Assembly: GCA_002633005.1 (NCBI GenBank)
Contig: NMRA01000008.1
Span: forward strand, 336,045 to 377,451
DNA length: 41,407 bases
Reading direction: 5' to 3'
DNA from: Phoronis australis
Lineage: Eukaryota; Animalia; Phoronida
The position numbers and the translations under genes are program-made. Of this stretch, positions 25,101 through 36,519 are shown piece by piece (the stretch's first letter is position 1; each line of letters starts with the position of its first letter). The notes under the pieces are model-generated. The model had not been told where the DNA came from. It did no database searches and saw only the letters and a list, made by a program, of their open reading frames with translations.

Positions 25101-25989
25101 CTGGCTACAAAGTGGCTCTGGAAAAACGCCTGCAGTTTTGGAGTAACTCAAACTGCCTGCAAAAGTGACTCTTGTAATCTTGCATTTCAGCGACTGACAA
25201 GTGAAAGTGTTTTGGAATTCAAAAACTTCACTTCTGCCACTGGTGGCAAATGAAGACCTTGATCATAAAACCATCTCAGTAAGGTGGAATCTGGACAAAA
25301 CTTCTTCTTCACCTAATCATTCATTGCGCTGTGTTGCAGGAGTTTTATCATCTCGCACCTAAACTATCGAGCTAACAAACCAGACAATAAAATCTCCGCT
25401 TACAAAAACGTTCGGTAGTTTTTATATAGTTCACAACAGATTGGGAATCAACACAAATTTGATTGTTTTAAAAGTGATTGACACTGTCGAAAGCTTTTTT
25501 CTTGGAGGCATTTAATCAGATAAGAAAGTAGGAAAATCACAGGGGTATCCAGACATGCCAAAATATTTACCAAGGCAGAGAGATGCAGAATGGTTAGATC
25601 AGATTACTGGGTTGGAGCCAGGAAATAAATATGTTTCCACAACTGCATAAACACCCAAGTTGGCTGTTAGGCGTTGGAATGCAATGGAAATGATTGCGCA
25701 TTTTGTTTTGGTCCTCAACAGCCAAGCGTCCAAGACAGCATACCTGCGAACAGAGATGAGGTGGAAATGATCGGAAGGAAGTGCTTTGCCAGTCGTGCAA
25801 GAAGGGAAACCTGTGTATTGTGAACTCTTAGCACAGTCACCCCCGCATGCACAATAAAATTGTACCATTATCATGAAGCACACTCAAAGTTTAAAAGTGA
25901 CCATTATCATTTTCCCACCAACACCACAACAAGGAACTCCTCTGCTGCAACTCCACAGAAACCCCACCTACCTTTCTCATTGACTGGCG

Positions 25990-26405
25990 ATATTCAAAGT
26001 TACTTCTTGGAGTTACCTTACTTCTTTGATTTTAACACTAGGTGGCGTATTTGAATCATATGTTCGAGCTCACGAATTTGAAATTAATAAACGCTTCTGC
26101 CATTTACGATGAATAGTGTCAGAATGATCAGTGTTATTCTCTGTCACATTTTTGTTATCCTATTCCTTTACATGCAACCATTGACAGTGTGAATGAAAGA
26201 TGGGGGTATGACGAATGTCTTGTTCAGTGTCGCATGACTGATGTTGCGACCTTTTTACTCCGACCAAAGTGGAGTTGCGCAACTCCAGATTTCAATCCCC
26301 CTATTTTGAGAGGAGTTGCGATGGCTAAGTGCGGGAGTTACCCTTTCCTATAAAGCAGAACTCTGCAAAGAGGGGTAGTGTGGTATTGGTGGGAAACTGG
26401 CATTA
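25990..26405 (+). repeat. Dispersed repeat family B, copy 1
   Basis: Colinear with ~28973-29270: GATTTTAACACTAGGTGGCGT, GAGTTGCGCAACTCC, AATCC..CTATTT.GAGAGGAGTTG.GATGGC, G.ATTGGT.GGAAA. Boundaries approximate. Confidence 0.75.
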
Positions 26406-26909
26406 AGTTATGTTAGACCAACTTGTTGTAACTGTTATGTAATTGTTCCCAGTTCACAGTTATAACCCTGGTTCATGGTTTTAGTTACTAGTCATCAGGA
26501 TTCCAAAGAAATTTGACAGCAACTGCCACGTTACAAGGGTCACAATTTCACGTTAAACCACTCACACAAAGGGTTATAACCACATCATAGTTACAAATTT
26601 TATAACCAGTTCATAGCGAGAGTTATACCTTAAAAATCGGTAGTTATGTACAGTTGGTTTGGTGTGAACAGAGCATGAAAAGGCAGCTCCTCAACAACTC
26701 TGGTCAACCTTGGCCACATTTAGATAAGCACAACTCCCAGTTTTACAATACTGTAATAAAAAATTATCGACAATAACTACTGTACAATAAATCTTACAAG
26801 GTTACAGTTGCACTTGAAAACATTTAAACAATCGAAAATCAAGATTTCACGTAAGTTTTATCACCTGGATAAGATTGAATTACAGTACCCCCGAAACCTT
26901 CTGGAATGG

Positions 26910-27280
26910 TATAGACAGGGAGAACTACAGTAGACATTTTCCGATATACCAGCGGCAGCATGAGGAAATATGTCTTGTCAATGAATGTCGATGGAGTTGA
27001 TGATGGACAGTGTTCCGAATTCTTGTATGGGGATTTATTACAGTGGGATTTCCCAGCATTTTTTTAAATGAATTCTTAATGATCATGGTGCCGTCAAATT
27101 GCCACTGTTGTATGGTGGAATATTCTAATGATTTACATATCTCCAACATCCCAAATGTCCATGTACGAAAGAAACTGCATTTAGTTCCTGTCAATTCAAC
27201 CCATCTAGAAAAAAGAATTTGAAAATTGGTCCAGCGAACAGACTTTTGTACTCTCATCGCGCTAAAGAGTTCTATGTGGA
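26910..27280 (-). repeat. Dispersed repeat family A, copy 2 (inverted relative to copy 1)
   Basis: See 7100-7450. Similarity extends from ATGAGAG(C/T)ACAAAAG through GGAAAATGTCTA. Confidence 0.85.
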
Positions 27281-27494
27281 ATGTGTCCCATTACCCTCAC
27301 TATGATTGACATGAATAGCACATTCAACCAGTGGTGGAAGCTTGGCTTACAGTGACGTGGGCAGCACATGTCGAGAAGAAACCACTCAGGTAAACAAACC
27401 CCACCCATAAACACAAGCCAACAACCAGGGTTGTCTAGAGAACAGTGAAAACAAGTCGCCTTGCCAGAAAATGTCATAACTGTCGACTGTAAGG

Positions 27495-27603
27495 ACACAC
27501 ACACACACACACACACACACNACACGCAACACACGCAACACACACAACACACACAACACACAAACACACACGCAACACACACACACACACACACGCAACA
27601 CAC
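27495..27603. repeat. Compound (CA)n microsatellite containing an assembly N at 27521
   Basis: Directly visible. True length is uncertain because of the N. Confidence 0.95.
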
Positions 27604-28972
27604 GTTTAGAATTCTTCAATGAATTAGTTAGAGATAACATATAACATATTCTTCTCACGATCTACGGCAATTTTTCAGGTAATTTGTAAACAATCGTCGA
27701 AATGTTCATTTTTCAAATTTTGAAAAACTCTGTTGGGGTACAAATGAAGGCAATGAACCATTTTTACCTCTATAAAGTAGAAACTGTGTTATTGATGAAA
27801 ACAATTTTAAGTACATTCTGTAGAAATTTGACAAACTGAAATATGAAATTGCACGCATCTGTCACACACAGCGCTAGTGAAGAAGTGATGTACTAATTCT
27901 CAAGTGTATAATTACAACTACTTAGTTATTTGCATTTGAGGATCTCGCAAAATGGAATATTGGTAGACTACTACCTTATTACACAGCTGTAACCAGGAAA
28001 TGCCAAGTCAACCAATCTTGTTTCTATTCATATCCACCACTAATTGATCTGATAGAATAAATAAACCACAAGTTACATAATTACACATTTGTATAAACAG
28101 CTGAAGGCCAAAGAAAAATCTCCACATGTCAAACTTCACCCGATACTGACAGCTTGGTATATAGCACAAAAACAGACATTTTATTTCAGTAATTGAATAA
28201 ATATCTATCTCTGTGGCTTGACCTTGTGATTAACTTGTCTGGCAAGTGTTACAAATGGCTAGTTGATGGCAGGAGGAGAGCAGCCAGGGAAATATCTAGG
28301 ATTTTTGTCTAAATATAAGCCTCTCCCCACCCGCTGTTGGCATGTGTTGGAGATCCCTACTCTAGACCACCATAAGCTTGGTATATAATATAAATTACCC
28401 TAAACAGTAGGTTTTTGTAGTTCTTGATAATATGCGAAGACGCGATCCAGCTGGCTAATCACATAAAATGCACTACCTGATATTCTATGTGAAAAAACCA
28501 CGAGTCAAAAAGTCTCGGACTAGAGATTATCCACCAGCAAACCAGTCCATATTTCAACAGTAGGAAACGGTGTAATTCAACCACTGCATTCCCAGTACTG
28601 TGTTTCCCGTAAGAAACACAAATTCAAAGCAGAACGGTATGACAGCACAATTCAGTAAAACTCATCAGTCATAAAAACTTCACCAGTGGATGAAGTGCTT
28701 AATGCTGACAACTTATGGAAACAAACAAAGTCATTAATGGAGATGTTAACAGTGACAGAGGTTATACCAAACAGCCTGCATAAAGTAGCACAGGAAGCGA
28801 GATTTGGGTCAAACTGAAAAAAAACTAGTGAGGCCTCAAATTGTTGACAACCAATGCCTGTGTAAACAAGTTTAATTGGATACTGCATTAGATTGACAAT
28901 GAATGGCAAAGCATGTTTGTAGCTTTTCCATTAGCGAAACTTTGCAGAAACGCGGTCATAATTCTGCATTCC

Positions 28973-29270
28973 TTTATTAAGTATAGACATCGGAGTTTAT
29001 GCTAATTCGAGGGATTTTAAACACCAGATGGCGTTGCTGATCGCAGCCTCGACTGAATATGTGTGTTGCACGTAGCGGCCTCTAGTGATTACTCCCATCA
29101 GAGTGAAGTTGATCATTCCCCAGTTGCAAGAGAGTTGCGCAACTCCGCAGTTTAATCCATCTATTTCGAGGAGTTGTGATGGCATTTTAAGTCCGAGAGC
29201 TACAATTTCCTACTGACCAAAATTCCGCAATACAAGGGAGTTGCGGCATTGGTCGGAAAGCAGCATTTGA
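28973..29270 (+). repeat. Dispersed repeat family B, copy 2
   Basis: See 25990-26405. Same orientation, shorter internal spacing. Confidence 0.75.
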
Positions 29271-29399
29271 CAACATTATCAACAAAGTCGATCCATCACA
29301 AGTCCTTAGGGCCGGCTCAATCATCAGAATGTGCCGGCTGCAGGAACAGGTTCAGAGGGAACCCGGGTGAGAATTTTACACGTTTGACACGCCAATAAG

Positions 29400-29520
29400 A
29401 ACAATGCAGGCTACAATAAGTGACATGTTCAAGGACACAAAATAAGACTCCAGCAAGCAGAGTTTGAACTCACAACCCTTCAATCCAGACTCCATCATTC
29501 TGAACACTGAAGCACGAAAG
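29400..29520 (-). mobile_element. Degenerate tRNA-derived SINE head
   Basis: Minus strand has A-box-like GTGCTTCAGTGTTCAGA and B-box GAGTTCAAACTC (29471-29460). These are followed by GTGTCCTTGAACATGTCACTTA (29438-29417), resembling the GTG(T/A)CCTTG(G/A)GCAAG.CACTT motif of CORE/V-type SINEs. Confidence 0.6.
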
Positions 29521-29817
29521 CGCATCACTACACCAAAATACCAACATCAAGTATTACACAGTACCACCTTGAAATTGCGTCTACATCTTTAAAATCCAGG
29601 AAAAGTACCAGGAATAGACGACTGAATTCACGACAGCTTTCAATAGAACAGACACCAGGATCTTAATTACGCTTACCTTCTGTCTCCACTCAACAAAACA
29701 AAAGAATACTCCGACAACTGGTGCTATATTGAAAACCCAAGTTTCATGTTTGGACTGTACATTCGCGCGTTGGAAAAATTCAGTTAGTGATGAAAAGCAA
29801 CTTTCTCAATTACTTAC

Positions 29818-29862
29818 TGGTATATCAACAACTATGATGCTATGTTGATTGCAACGAGCTCG
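29818..29862 (-). other. Candidate 45-nt exon, probably 5' UTR; a second strong donor lies at 29677
   Basis: Acceptor atattttttcacag| and donor CCA|gtaagt. Only phase 0 is open (RARCNQHSIIVVDIP). Nearby donor AAG|gtaagc after 29677. Confidence 0.3.
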
Positions 29863-31630
29863 CTGTGAAAAAATATCCAAACATTTGAAAGAAAATTAAA
29901 AACAAACACCATCCCTCTCCGACATGCCAGAAAGATTCCTAATGCTGTTTTAGTGTACTCAGTCTGACACTGACAGACATAGTTTAATTTTAGAAATTGC
30001 AATTGAACTACATGAACCTATATGGCTCACTTTACAATTTAAATAAAACTGCTTAGATATCATCTCATATAAAATCACTCCTAACGCCTATGCAATTTCC
30101 CAGTTTGTACTCGCCAGTCTTCATATTAAGTGGTGGCTACCACATTGGTCTAGTCTCATATTGTTCACAAACTGGCTTAAGGCTTGTGTTTTCGCTATCC
30201 CTTATGCCAGTGGCAAAAAAAAACGCCAATAATGTGAACGATTGTCACTTTTACTGGCGCTTTGCTGGCGGTTTGAGTTACACCAAAACTTCTGACATTT
30301 TTACTAACACTTTTGTAGACAGACTCTTACTTCTAAGGACGCACTTGTGTAGGGAGAGAGGCCTGTATTTATCGCAGCGTCAATCAACTGCAGAGAGTAG
30401 CTGAGCTCGGACATCAATGTTTGCATTAAAAGTTATTCAAAGGGTAAGGAAACAAACTTAATTACTGAAGAAAATAACCCCTACCAGGGCATTTTTGCCA
30501 CAGAAAAACTGCTGGCGTTTTTCGCCACTCTTATGAATAATTCTCCGAAAACAATATACTCTTGTGAAGACAGTAGACCTAGAAGTAATTCTTCAAGAAA
30601 CAATATACCACTACTTACAGTCAGTGAGAACTCCAACCATGACACGCTAAGAAACACAGTACAATTGTTCTCGTCCAATGAGGAGCCTGACAACTAACGT
30701 GGCGGGGGTAGCGCTAACAAACTTGGTAAATCGTTCTTGAGAGACACGCAGTTACGGTTTGAGTAGACCTTGAAGCTGGCACTATCTCAGGACGCCAGTG
30801 AACTTCTGGAATGTAATTGCTCAAAATAGACACTCACTTTCTTGGCTGTTTGGAAAACATGCTTGTAACCCCCAGCAGTAGGGGTTCCTATCCTGGTATT
30901 AATTACACCTCAGTCTTTACCCTACAGCAAACAGGCATTCACAAAAAATGGTGGAAAAAAAACGAAATGCATACAATGACAACAGCGTTGGCTATAACAA
31001 TGACAAAAATGCACTGAAAGCGAGGTAGTCTATACGTTAAAGATTAATTTTAAGTGGAGATGATGAACAAACAGCTGGTCTAGGTGACTGAGGATTGTGT
31101 TTTAATTTACAACTGTTTTTGAATCGATTTGGGATCTCACATACATGTTTTGATGTTCGATCATGTGTGGTTGTTTTGGAGGTCTGAATTGGGCTTAGGA
31201 GCTCAATTCGAATTGTTTCAAACAAAATATTTTGTTACTAGTTTCTTTGATTGTACTGGCCTGGTTCCTCTGGGTGCCTGTGTGCGTCTCATTCTCAAAC
31301 ACATGGTGAAACATCTCTCAATATTTACAAGACAGATTTGAGGTTTAGCTTCGAAATATTTTCACATTTTCTGAGCTGACCCAGATTAACCCAGCTGTCA
31401 TAGAGTGATGACCCCATTAAACAACTGAACTGATAAGTACAGGTATTCACTGGACATCACATTCAGGTAGACTCAAGTGCAAATGATAATGGGAACAAAT
31501 CACTCCCTATAAATGAAGAACATCACAAGGTTCACTCAGGGTCAGACAGGCGAGAAAGTTGATTTCAAATTGGCATTGGTCAAGCTCACTTGCACTTCAC
31601 AAACGATGAATAAGCAGCAAATCATTGCCA

Positions 31631-31709
31631 ACAATTACTAAACCACCTCTGGTAGTCAGAGTCCAGATGCTTACAATAACAAAACCACCTCTGGTAGTCG
31701 GAGTGCAGA
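31631..31709. repeat. 42-bp-period tandem duplication
   Basis: ACAAT(T/A)AC(T/A)AAACCACCTCTGGTAGTC(A/G)GAGT(C/G)CAGA at 31631 and 31673. Confidence 0.9.
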
Positions 31710-32468
31710 AATGAACGCTGCAAGAATTTTTTTCATATTCACTGCAGTAGTCTAGCTAAAGGTACAATAAAAAACTGATTTACTATACTTATTAAAACAA
31801 TTATCGTAATAGATTAATAATTAACATAAAAGCAAACCAAAGAAGACAAAATAATCAGATAACAGTAACACTGACATTGATTTCCTAAACAAATACATTA
31901 CAGAAACAGAATGAGTACTTAATTACAATAAGGTGTTTTTCCACAGCATGTGCAGTCCATTTCAACTTCCATTGATAAAAAGATCAGACAATTTGACTAA
32001 TAAAACTGAATGATATTCAATCAACACAGCAGCACATTTGAACAAAAATCAATCACCAAATTTCCATTTTTATTTTCAAAAGACTTCACATGGTCATAAC
32101 TTATCACAGTACGGTATAGAGCTTGAACAAGGAAAAACATTACTTTGATGAACAAATTAGAAAATCCAATTTCGCTTGTTGGTTAACTGTGTCCTAAGTA
32201 GGTGAGATTTTCCCAGTCCAGTCACCGTATCTCCCAGAATGTTCACTCCTCAGTGTTCTAAGTACATCATCAATAAAACTCTTCGAATGAACAGCAACTC
32301 ACACAGTAATACAAAGAACACATTACATACCGTTCTCAAACAAATGTGACTCAGGATTCAGCCCAGCGTTGACTAACAGCAAACGATCAATCATCAAACA
32401 TTTACATTGTTTGATCTCATATTTAATACAGAAGAGCACACACACCTTCCTGTGTTCAGACTTAACCT

Positions 32469-32508
32469 GATAAGGACTCCCCTGTAGATAAGGACTCCCC
32501 TGTAGATA
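32469..32508. repeat. Perfect 18-bp tandem duplication
   Basis: GATAAGGACTCCCCTGTA twice, followed by GATA. Confidence 0.95.
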
Positions 32509-34866
32509 TGGGCTTACCTCGGTTACTAAAAATAGACATGACTGCTGAGGGTTGTGGTCAAGTTATTTGACCTCAAGTCAAAGAATGAATACCTGTGGCT
32601 AGGTAAGTGTTGCAGGCTCCATTATGGCAGAGAAAAATGTGTTCTAGACTTTAACTGATATTGCAACATTTGATAAACAACCTATCTTGACCCTGCTATG
32701 TAGTAGGCCATAATAATAAAACCACAATAAAACTTGATACCATAAACAGCACGGTGCCTGTATGCTACAAACAAACAGTCTTTGCCGAAACTAATAACTT
32801 TTCATTTTTCAAAGGCTAATCTGGTGAATGCCTAGAATTTCTCAGAAATATAGTCAGGTGGTGGCTCCGCTACAAAACTGAAGAAGTATTTATTTAGCAT
32901 TACTAATCTTTTACCAAAAAAAATTCAAAATAAAAGTTTCACTCGTTTGCCATACTGTATCCGATTGTACCGTATATCCAATGACATCAGGTTTATCTAA
33001 ACGGGGAGACATGACCAATTTCACCGGAAAAGTGACCCAGTTGTCTTCAATCAAAATACATTCTCGTGAACAACAGGTGCAGAATCTAATCCAAAGGTTA
33101 TTGGCCTAACCAATGAGTACATGAATTTACATAACCAGTTTTAACCAGATTTAATAAAATCTAGTTACACAATATACTGTACTTATAGTACAGTGTTGGT
33201 GACTTATCATGTATTCCACAGGACAAACGGAAATCTGACCCAATTCCTACGAAGAAATATCTTAATATACCAAAAATCAGAAGATGAAAACCTTCCCGTC
33301 TTCATTGTATGAACAGTAGGGATGTTCTGAGGATACATATACATATACATGTATGAAACATTACAAAACTAAGCAACTTGGTCTGTGAAAAAAATAAGAC
33401 AATGGACAGCACACTGGTGGATTAAGCCAGGTTATTAACCTACTTTGCCAAACAAAAACTAAACAGCTCTTGATTTGGACCACTTACAATTATGAAATTG
33501 GTCTGTTCTCAAATTAAAGGCAATTTCAGTGTTTGAAAAGAGCTAACAGCTCATTATTGCAAAAGATTTGAACTTTTATAATTACACATATTTTAACCTT
33601 AAATATGGGTTTTGAACAAGAATTTAATCTTGCAAGCAGCTCAACTTTTTGAAACTTGAAGCAAAACCAATAAGCTAAAAGCTTTCAATAGCTTTAAAAT
33701 TGTAAAACAGGCACAAAACAAATATTTAAGAAAGCAATTTTGTGCTTCCTCACAACAAAAGCTGCAAGCCACACTGACAAAAATGTGAATGGGTTTACAT
33801 TTGGTTTCCTGAGTTAAATTCAAAAATTCAAACACTGCCTGAAAACTACAGCAAAATTGCAGCAACCCTTTTTACATTTTGAAGCCTACCTTACAGAAAA
33901 CGGCTCAGACACAGACAGCAAAAATACTACACGAAATATGTATTACTCCAGTCAGTCTTTGCCAAGTTGACGTGTTCAACCTATCAATCGAAAGTGTTCG
34001 TTTCATTCAACAGGTGAGAGCAGCATAATATAACGACAGTAAGGCTATGAGTCAACAACACCTCAATGGCTAAGGGCAAGCTAATGTTTATAAAGGAGCC
34101 AATCCAGTCAGCTGAAATAACACCTGTGCTGTAGCACGCTTCATCAAGCCGGAATAAAGCTTGACAAAAGCCGACACTAGCAGTAGATTTATTGTCTTGT
34201 GAAAACAGTTGTAATTTCATTATGGGTAACTTCCAATTTTTATAGAGCAAAACAACAAAGCTTATGATTTGTTAAAGTAGGCATTTTACCTGACAATAAT
34301 TGGTTTCAAATACACAATTTGTTCACTTCATGGTAAATCATCAATGTATTCGTTCTTGAAACCATAACGTTTGAATCATTCAACCTAGATCTGTGACAGG
34401 TTCGTACAAAACTTCATTACAAGCTATCGGTCCAGACCAACGTGCCATCTGTATCAACGTGCTGTACATATCAAAAACCTCGAACAAATCTGAAGACACC
34501 AAGCAGTTTCACTCAACCCAGAAAAGGCATGCATAGTAAAACTAACTCCATTCGAAACAACGTAACACCTTCCAGTTTTACGAATAGCGTGAGGATTGTG
34601 GGATATCGGTCCCCGCAAAGCAAAACAGTCAGTAAATGTAAAATGCGATCTTCAGAGATCACTTCATTTGTATAAAGTATTTCCAATGACATGCAATTCA
34701 GTTCATCATGGATACGAGTGAATGGGTAGCTTCTGTCCAATATCAATTGCCAGCTTACTGAGAAGACGACCGGCTGTCAGAACACCTCCATTCTGGATTG
34801 GACGACTTGAATTCTACAAAACTATACTCTGGGAGGAGGATGCATTGATTTTTGCTATCCATAGGA

Positions 34867-34904
34867 AGGTCAATGACCTGCAATTTGATGCAAGGTCACA
34901 TGAC
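34867..34904. promoter_or_regulatory. Perfect IR1 nuclear receptor element followed by an overlapping half-site/CLEAR-type E-box
   Basis: AGGTCAATGACCT at 34867-34879; AGGTCACATGAC at 34893-34904. Confidence 0.4.
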
Positions 34905-36184
34905 TACCTGCATATGCTGTGTGCTTACTCTACCAACTGAATACATAACTCCGAATATTAAAATTTTTACCAAAGCTGTGTCAACACAGGCAAAGCACAA
35001 GTTATGGCAGGGGCAACTTGCCCCCATCAGTGATACCTGCCACTGGTTTCAAGGCGGAAATGATAACAAGAAAGACATTGTTTAGGCAGATTCATACAAA
35101 CTTAACTCCATTAAGAAAGGGGTGTGTGCGAAGTTAGTTGGAGCTCTTGAGACCAGCTTAGGTGGCTGACACCCACGTCATAAGGCCCTCGATTTCAGCA
35201 AATGGCTGGCAGGCAATGGTGAGAATTGAATTGGCAATTTACCGTACAACAAAATCACAACTGATTTTATTTTTATATAGAGCTGGTCAAATTTAATGAC
35301 TTCAAGTATTCTACTCCATTCAAAAATAATTCCACAAGTCCGTTTTTTTTGGCATCAAACTGAATAAATCATTGTCCCTTTAATTTGGGAATGAGGAAGG
35401 CACCGAAAGCTGCGTGAATGTTCTGAGGATTTTCATGGAAAGCATACCAGTGACCACGATGCCATGCTTTTAAAATTTCAAAACCACTTGTTGGACTCAC
35501 TTCTCCATTTCCTGTATAGCACAGGAGCTACTGTTAACGAACATTACATGTATAAACATTGCATAAACAAGTTACGAAATAAAACAAATATTTGCGGATC
35601 AGGTCAGGTGTTGGAACACTCATGCTACGGAAGCGAGACTAGTACTTACATAGGAGCACAAATGTTACAAATTTACTCAAAAGATATGTTGCCCACTTCG
35701 ATGACTTAGTCATTTAGAATTATTTGTGGTTAGTACTCCTGCTGGTTGTTCATGTATCATGATATGGACTTCACAAGAGTCCATGTCCGTGCTATGGGTA
35801 CTGTGTGTGCCATAGCCAGGACCGACATTCGGTACGTGGTAGGTCCAGCAATTAATCAGATCATACCAAAGGTACAAGTCTTAAACATTTGTAGATCGTG
35901 TACATTCCTTGGTTGTTGTTCAATTGCTGAAGCAGCTGTCCTTTATATAACAAGAGCAACGCAGAGCGTTGAAATGCGCCCACGAATGCATCGCAATGGT
36001 GTGCTTTTAGGGTTATTTATTTGTATTGTAGCGGTGGTGTTGTATGCAGCGTTGTGTTTTAAATGTGTTGGGTGGATGACCGCCGGTGTCGACCTGACGG
36101 ATAGATGCTCAGTCGTTTTGAAGTTTAGATATTTAAAAAAGCAGGAGTAAAAGGAGATTCGATCGATTAAAAATACATTCTAAT

Positions 36185-36400
36185 TTATTGATGTTGTCGA
36201 AAATTACAAACAGTAGTTATGAGAAAGAATTAATCAGAGACTATGAAGCAACCCTAAAACTTTTAGACGAAACTATAGTAGACTTACAAGACGTCACTCA
36301 TGTTTTTAAGAATTGGACTGGAGCGGGTTTCAAACCCCAGACAGCCCGCCAAAACTGCTTGTGCGCGGCTTTTTATAACTAAACGAATGCACGTGAGGGT
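36185..36400 (-). mobile_element. Possible degenerate tRNA-derived SINE fragment inside the HINE
   Basis: Minus-strand B-box-like GGTTTGAAACC (36336-36326) in a T-arm-like stem, and a weak A-box-like TCGTTTAGTTATAAAA near 36385. Extent is a guess. Confidence 0.25.
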
Positions 36401-36519
36401 GAGTCCATGACATTAGTGACGTAATGAAACACCCCTATTAGAAGAGTCAATTAATAAAATGGCGCGAAACTGTAACTCTATAATTCACAAAGGGAGGGCG
36501 CGCCCGTCACACTATCATA

